DNA of 64,000 bases from Leucoraja ocellata (taxonomy: Eukaryota), in assembly GCA_036785375.1 (NCBI GenBank), contig JAWMAR010000061.1, positions 9,176,001 to 9,240,000 of the forward strand. The letters run 5' to 3'. A program made the position numbers and the translations under genes. Shown in pieces: positions 61,301 through 64,000 of this stretch. Each line of letters opens with the position of its first letter. The stretch's first letter is position 1. The notes below the pieces were generated by a model. It was not told where the DNA came from and made no database searches. It saw nothing but the letters and a program-made list of their open reading frames with translations.

Positions 61301-63791
61301 AGGAGGATAGTTTTGAAGACGAGGAGGTTTATGATCGTAAAAGTGGACGAAGTGGGCGGAGTCCTTATGTCGGGAGAAGGAATGAGAAGAAGATTGGGAG
61401 GCATGAAGATCGAGAGAGAAGCTTGTCACCAAGATCAGAGCGACGATCGGTGTCTTCACATCTCCCACCTAAACCCATTAAAGTGACATTGGTAAAGTCA
61501 AGAAAGAGTGAAGGTGTGTACATCTGAAATAATAGCTGCACATATCTCGCGTGGAGATCATGCATTTAGTATATTGGTCTGACTGAAAATATCACCAAAG
61601 CTGAGCAATAGAATAAAAGTTACGTTACTAGTAAGCTTTAGATTTTCTTGTAGAGGTTTATGACCGTTCGTAACAAGTTGAGTTGAACTACTGACTGCAT
61701 GTCTAAAAAAGGGTTCCGATCCAAAATGTCTGAACCTATATCTTAGAAGGGTCCTGACCTAAATCGTCACTACCCATGTTCTCCAGAGATACAGCCTGTT
61801 AAGTTATTCTAGCTCTTTGTCTTTTTTTTGTAAGCCAGCATCTGCAATTCCTAGTTTCTCTATTTTACATCTGGCTCTAATTGGCCTTGGATAATAAAAC
61901 TGGAAGAGGAGATTGTAGGAAGGTACTGCAGATGCTGGTTTATACCCACGATAGACACAAAATTCTGGAGTAAATCAGCAGGACAGGCAGCATCTCTGGA
62001 GAGAAGGAATGGGTGACGTTTCGGATCGAGACCCTTCAGACTGAAGAAACGTCACCCACCCAGAGATGCTGCCTGTCCTGCTGAGTTACTCCAGCTTTAT
62101 GTGGCTGTCTCTGGAAAGGGATATTGTGCTTGATTGGTCCTGTCCAACACCATAGCTGTAAAGGCTTTTGCACATCAGGCCAGACCAGAATTGTAGAAAC
62201 AGGATTGTACCTAGTTTTGATGTCCTTCATTTGGGCAAACTAATGCCAGCCAGTGTGGGCTGTTTGGAGGAGGAGGAGGGTTCACTTTGGAGGTGTTTGT
62301 GGTGCAAGGGATGGATGTTACAATGGAAGACGAGCAGTTGGCTCACTGCGCTGAGGTTTTGTTTCATTGCTTTCTGTGTGCTCTGGAGTTTGAATCAGTT
62401 TTCAACAATCTGGTTTGTAAGCATGATGTCACTTTGTTCATACTGAGCTGTGTAATCGGTTGTGAATGGAGTGTCCACATGCTTGAGGCAAGTTTTCACG
62501 ATGTCTGGCCTTGCCGCAGTCAGGCCACACGGGCTTGCATGGATATTTATGATGTTGGTAATGGTCCTGTCACAAGACTGGAACGCGAGTTTGAATCTAC
62601 CCGTGAAGATTTAAATTGTTGAACTATTGCAATTAAGAAATTCCAATGGTAATTGGCGGCAGTTCCACATTGTTCAATTCAATTCAACTTTATTGTCATT
62701 GCGCAGATACAAGTATGGGTACAACGAAATGCAGTTTAGCGTCAGTCCGTAGTAATAGTGCAATATAGAAATAAAAATACAGAATAAGCAAACAATGTGG
62801 ACGGAGAGACTGGAGAAATCTATCGGTGGGACTCCGACTTCAGCAATGTGATAGTGTTGTTGTACTAGTACGAGACCTGAGGCTCCTATACCGCCTCCCT
62901 GATGTACCGCTTCCTGATTTGTATACTTTGTTCTACATTGCTATTTCCAGGATCTGCAGTTTAACATTTACTGATTTGATATGGCCTATTTTACGTTGCA
63001 TTCCACAAGAAGTTATTTTACAACCAACCTGGATAGCATTTAAATTATAATGACTGGTTTAAAACAGTATTAAAATGTTAACTATTTGAAGCCCACATCA
63101 TGTCTGATGTTGCACGCAAAATATGATTGAGGTAATGACATTCAGACCTAGAACGGTCACCTGCTGGGGTTGTGTCATTGCTGGTCGTTTACCACATTCC
63201 AGATTATTTGAATTGAAGTTCCATAGATCTTGTGGTGAAAGTAGGGCTTGGTCCTGTGAAAGGTGAGGATATTGGCTGGGTAATTTAGTGTGGGAGGGAG
63301 ATTGGACCAGGAGGCCAAGGTTGTGCTCGGCTTCTCACCTGGTACAAACTCGGGTAGTGAATTGACAGCCAACCGATCTGTGAAACGTGTTGGAGGGACA
63401 AACATGGATTACTGAATGACATCAACTGTTTACACTCGAGCTGTTTCCACGGCAAGTACCATCACTCACCTAGCACCTAAGCCACTCTTGTTTAAAATCA
63501 GTAGCAAATGGAAGTTTCCGAAAAGACGAATCAATGGAACAGATGTTTAGAATTTTCTGATTATACATTCTTGCTCAAATTGAGCAGTTTTTTATCTCTG
63601 AATTTTAAAATTTTCCTATTTTTAACACTGTTCTATAAAAGAACTCTGTTGCTTTCAGAATTACCATCAATTGATTTGTTTTCTCAGAGTACGGTCTGCG
63701 ATTGGCAAGTCACATTTTTGTGAAAGAGATCTCTTCAGAAGGGCTGGCTGCCAAGGATGGTAACATCCATGAGGGAGATGTCGTATTGAAG
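28357..63791 (+). CDS. TJP1: Tight junction protein ZO-1, 5' part (exons 28357-28389, 53461-53517, 56111-56235, 58093-58195, 61225-61513, 63688-63791); continues off the right edge
   Basis: [11 protein letters not shown]|[19 protein letters not shown]|[42 protein letters not shown]|[34 protein letters not shown]|TIRRKRKIQ...[13 protein letters not shown]...[10 protein letters not shown]|[35 protein letters not shown] = ZO-1 PDZ1, basic linker and start of PDZ2; GT-AG introns, consistent phases. Confidence 0.95.
32155..32437 (+). mobile_element. Rex1/Babar-type LINE 3' end with (TTGA)n tail
   Basis: [27 protein letters not shown] remnant, gatgacaataaaggttgattgattgattga tail. Confidence 0.6.
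32548..32784. mobile_element. hAT (Blackjack-like) DNA transposon end fragment
   Basis: Terminus ...taatacgggacagttggcaaccct(a) (= TAGGGTTGCCAACTGTCCCG reversed) with subterminal (ac)gggac repeats; CpG-rich relative to flanks. Confidence 0.55.
36940..37320 (+). mobile_element. CR1-type LINE RT fragment
   Basis: ...[21 protein letters not shown] (ttagtaaatttgcagacgataccaaaattggt). Confidence 0.7.
37485..37960 (-). mobile_element. 5'-truncated L1/Tx1-type LINE insertion with poly(A) and 13-bp TSD
   Basis: TSD ctgattaactttt at 37485-37497 and 37948-37960; minus strand [23 protein letters not shown] (ORF2 C-terminus-like), 3' UTR, AATAAA and A-rich tail. Confidence 0.75.
39650..40100 (-). mobile_element. 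Old Rex1/Babar-type LINE, APE endonuclease region
   Basis: Minus strand ...[21 protein letters not shown]... and ...[27 protein letters not shown]... Confidence 0.55.
42095..42292 (-). mobile_element. HE1-type tRNA-derived SINE (V-SINE)
   Basis: Reverse complement gcacggcaacgcagcagtagagttgctgcttcacagcgccagagacccagg...ccctgtgaccgtgtgggtttt...tccggtttcctcccacactccaaagac. Confidence 0.75.
44632..44912 (+). mobile_element. tRNA-headed SINE with CORE-like block and Rex1-like tail
   Basis: A box TAGCACAATGG 44650-44660, B box GGTTCAAATCC 44694-44704, tgtgtccttgggcaagacactt, tail gacaatgacaataaattgaatcatttcatttca. Confidence 0.7.
46985..47255 (+). mobile_element. CR1/HER1-type LINE 3' end
   Basis: [27 protein letters not shown]... 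plus gatcagccatgatcacaatgaatgg 3' UTR; same tail at 41865-41997. Confidence 0.75.
47256..47992 (+). mobile_element. Internally deleted Rex1/Babar-type LINE
   Basis: SITGYKK...[13 protein letters not shown] segment joined to [32 protein letters not shown]-terminal segment; tail gggataaatgaagttctattgtatcgtatc. Confidence 0.65.
47998..48945 (-). mobile_element. Penelope-like element (RT thumb, GIY-YIG end, pseudo-LTR) with nested hairpin copy 48310-48470
   Basis: [40 protein letters not shown]...[20 protein letters not shown]. Confidence 0.75.
53267..53283. repeat. (TG)n microsatellite
   Basis: tgtgtgtgtgtgtgtgtg. Confidence 0.8.
53461..53517 (+). CDS. TJP1: TJP1 exon 2
   Basis: [19 protein letters not shown], ttctAG / GTGAGT. 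Confidence 0.93.
53830..54555 (-). mobile_element. Degenerate Penelope-like element plus adjacent pseudo-LTR piece
   Basis: [13 protein letters not shown]..., [11 protein letters not shown]... remnants; pLTR segment 54460-54553 with hammerhead core. Confidence 0.6.
54524..54551 (-). ncRNA. Minimal type I hammerhead-ribozyme core of a Penelope pseudo-LTR
   Basis: Minus strand CUGAAGA-A-GGGUC-UU-GACCC-GAAA-C-GUC: all conserved core nucleotides and stem II present; stem I weak. Confidence 0.5.
54695..54975 (+). mobile_element. HE1-type SINE, near full length
   Basis: gcaccgtggaacagtggtagagttgctgcc...gccagagacccgggttcgatac (A/B boxes), V-domain-like tccggtttcctcccatatttcaaaga, CR1-like tail. 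Confidence 0.8.
56111..56235 (+). CDS. TJP1: TJP1 exon 3 (PDZ1)
   Basis: [41 protein letters not shown]. Confidence 0.95.
56495..56790 (+). mobile_element. CR1/HER1-type LINE 3' fragment with internal deletions
   Basis: gggatggcgggacagtcatatgctgagagaat...ctggaatttagaaggatgagag...gaatggcctactcctacac. Confidence 0.7.
58093..58195 (+). CDS. TJP1: TJP1 exon 4 (PDZ1)
   Basis: [34 protein letters not shown]. Confidence 0.95.
58750..59570 (-). mobile_element. Old CR1-type LINE fragment
   Basis: Reverse-oriented CR1 3' region (ccttaaatttgtgccctgtagttctagac..., gaattaaactccatctgccattccctggccca). Confidence 0.55.
60380..61141 (+). mobile_element. Young CR1/HER1-type LINE 3' end (RT C-terminus plus 3' UTR)
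   Basis: [50 protein letters not shown]...[21 protein letters not shown]...[14 protein letters not shown]. Confidence 0.9.
61225..61513 (+). CDS. TJP1: TJP1 exon 5 (basic linker, start of PDZ2)
   Basis: [34 protein letters not shown]...[34 protein letters not shown]. Confidence 0.93.
61915..62102. mobile_element. Penelope-derived fold-back element
   Basis: tgtaggaaggtactgcagatgctgg...gggtgacgtttcggatcgagacccttcagactgaagaaacgtcaccc...ttactccagc. Confidence 0.75.
62672..62900 (-). mobile_element. Rex1-type LINE 3' end with (TTGAA)n tail
   Basis: ttcaattcaattcaactttattgtcattgcgc... on + strand. Confidence 0.55.
63688..63791 (+). CDS. TJP1: TJP1 exon 6 (PDZ2)
   Basis: [34 protein letters not shown]|GTCAGT. 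Confidence 0.95.
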
Positions 63792-64000
63792 GTCAGTCAC
63801 GTTTAGGCTTCCCTTTTTCAACAGCTTGAATGTCAATCCTTTTTAGTTTTTCCTTCATCTCACTCTCCCATTCCATATTGAAATTGAGCTGAAAGTGCAC
63901 TGCCATTTGAAAGCGTTTTATAAGGAAGAGGTAAGGCCCTTGTCCTTAATTCTAAAAATTATTATTATTTATTTATTAAAATAATGAAATCTTAAGTAGA

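Overview
Eukaryotic, intron-containing vertebrate DNA, most likely a cartilaginous fish (skate/ray), judged from HE1-type SINEs, CR1/HER1-like LINEs and a very abundant Penelope-derived hairpin repeat. It holds the conserved TM2D3 - TARS3 (TARSL2) - TJP1 block. TM2D3 exons 1-3 lie on the minus strand and the gene runs off the left edge. A complete 12-exon TARS3 lies on the minus strand (CDS 11726->2137, 531 aa). The 5' part of TJP1/ZO-1 lies on the plus strand, with two alternative N-termini (MKYQK exons at 17.7-18.7 kb; CpG-island MSAR exon at 28.36 kb) and PDZ1 to early PDZ2 exons up to 63.8 kb. The main surprise is TARS3: it is an intact reading frame that lacks the exons for the TGS (N1) domain and most of the N2 editing domain. 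Its ArgRS-like leucine-zipper exon splices in frame almost directly onto the catalytic core, and tRNA-contacting positions are substituted while the Zn/ATP motifs are kept. A second notable system is a dispersed family of fold-back, Penelope-derived elements carrying a minimal hammerhead-ribozyme core. Almost all ORFs in the supplied track are spurious or repeat-derived. Gene calls come from reading splice sites and recalling vertebrate orthologue sequences; no search was run.
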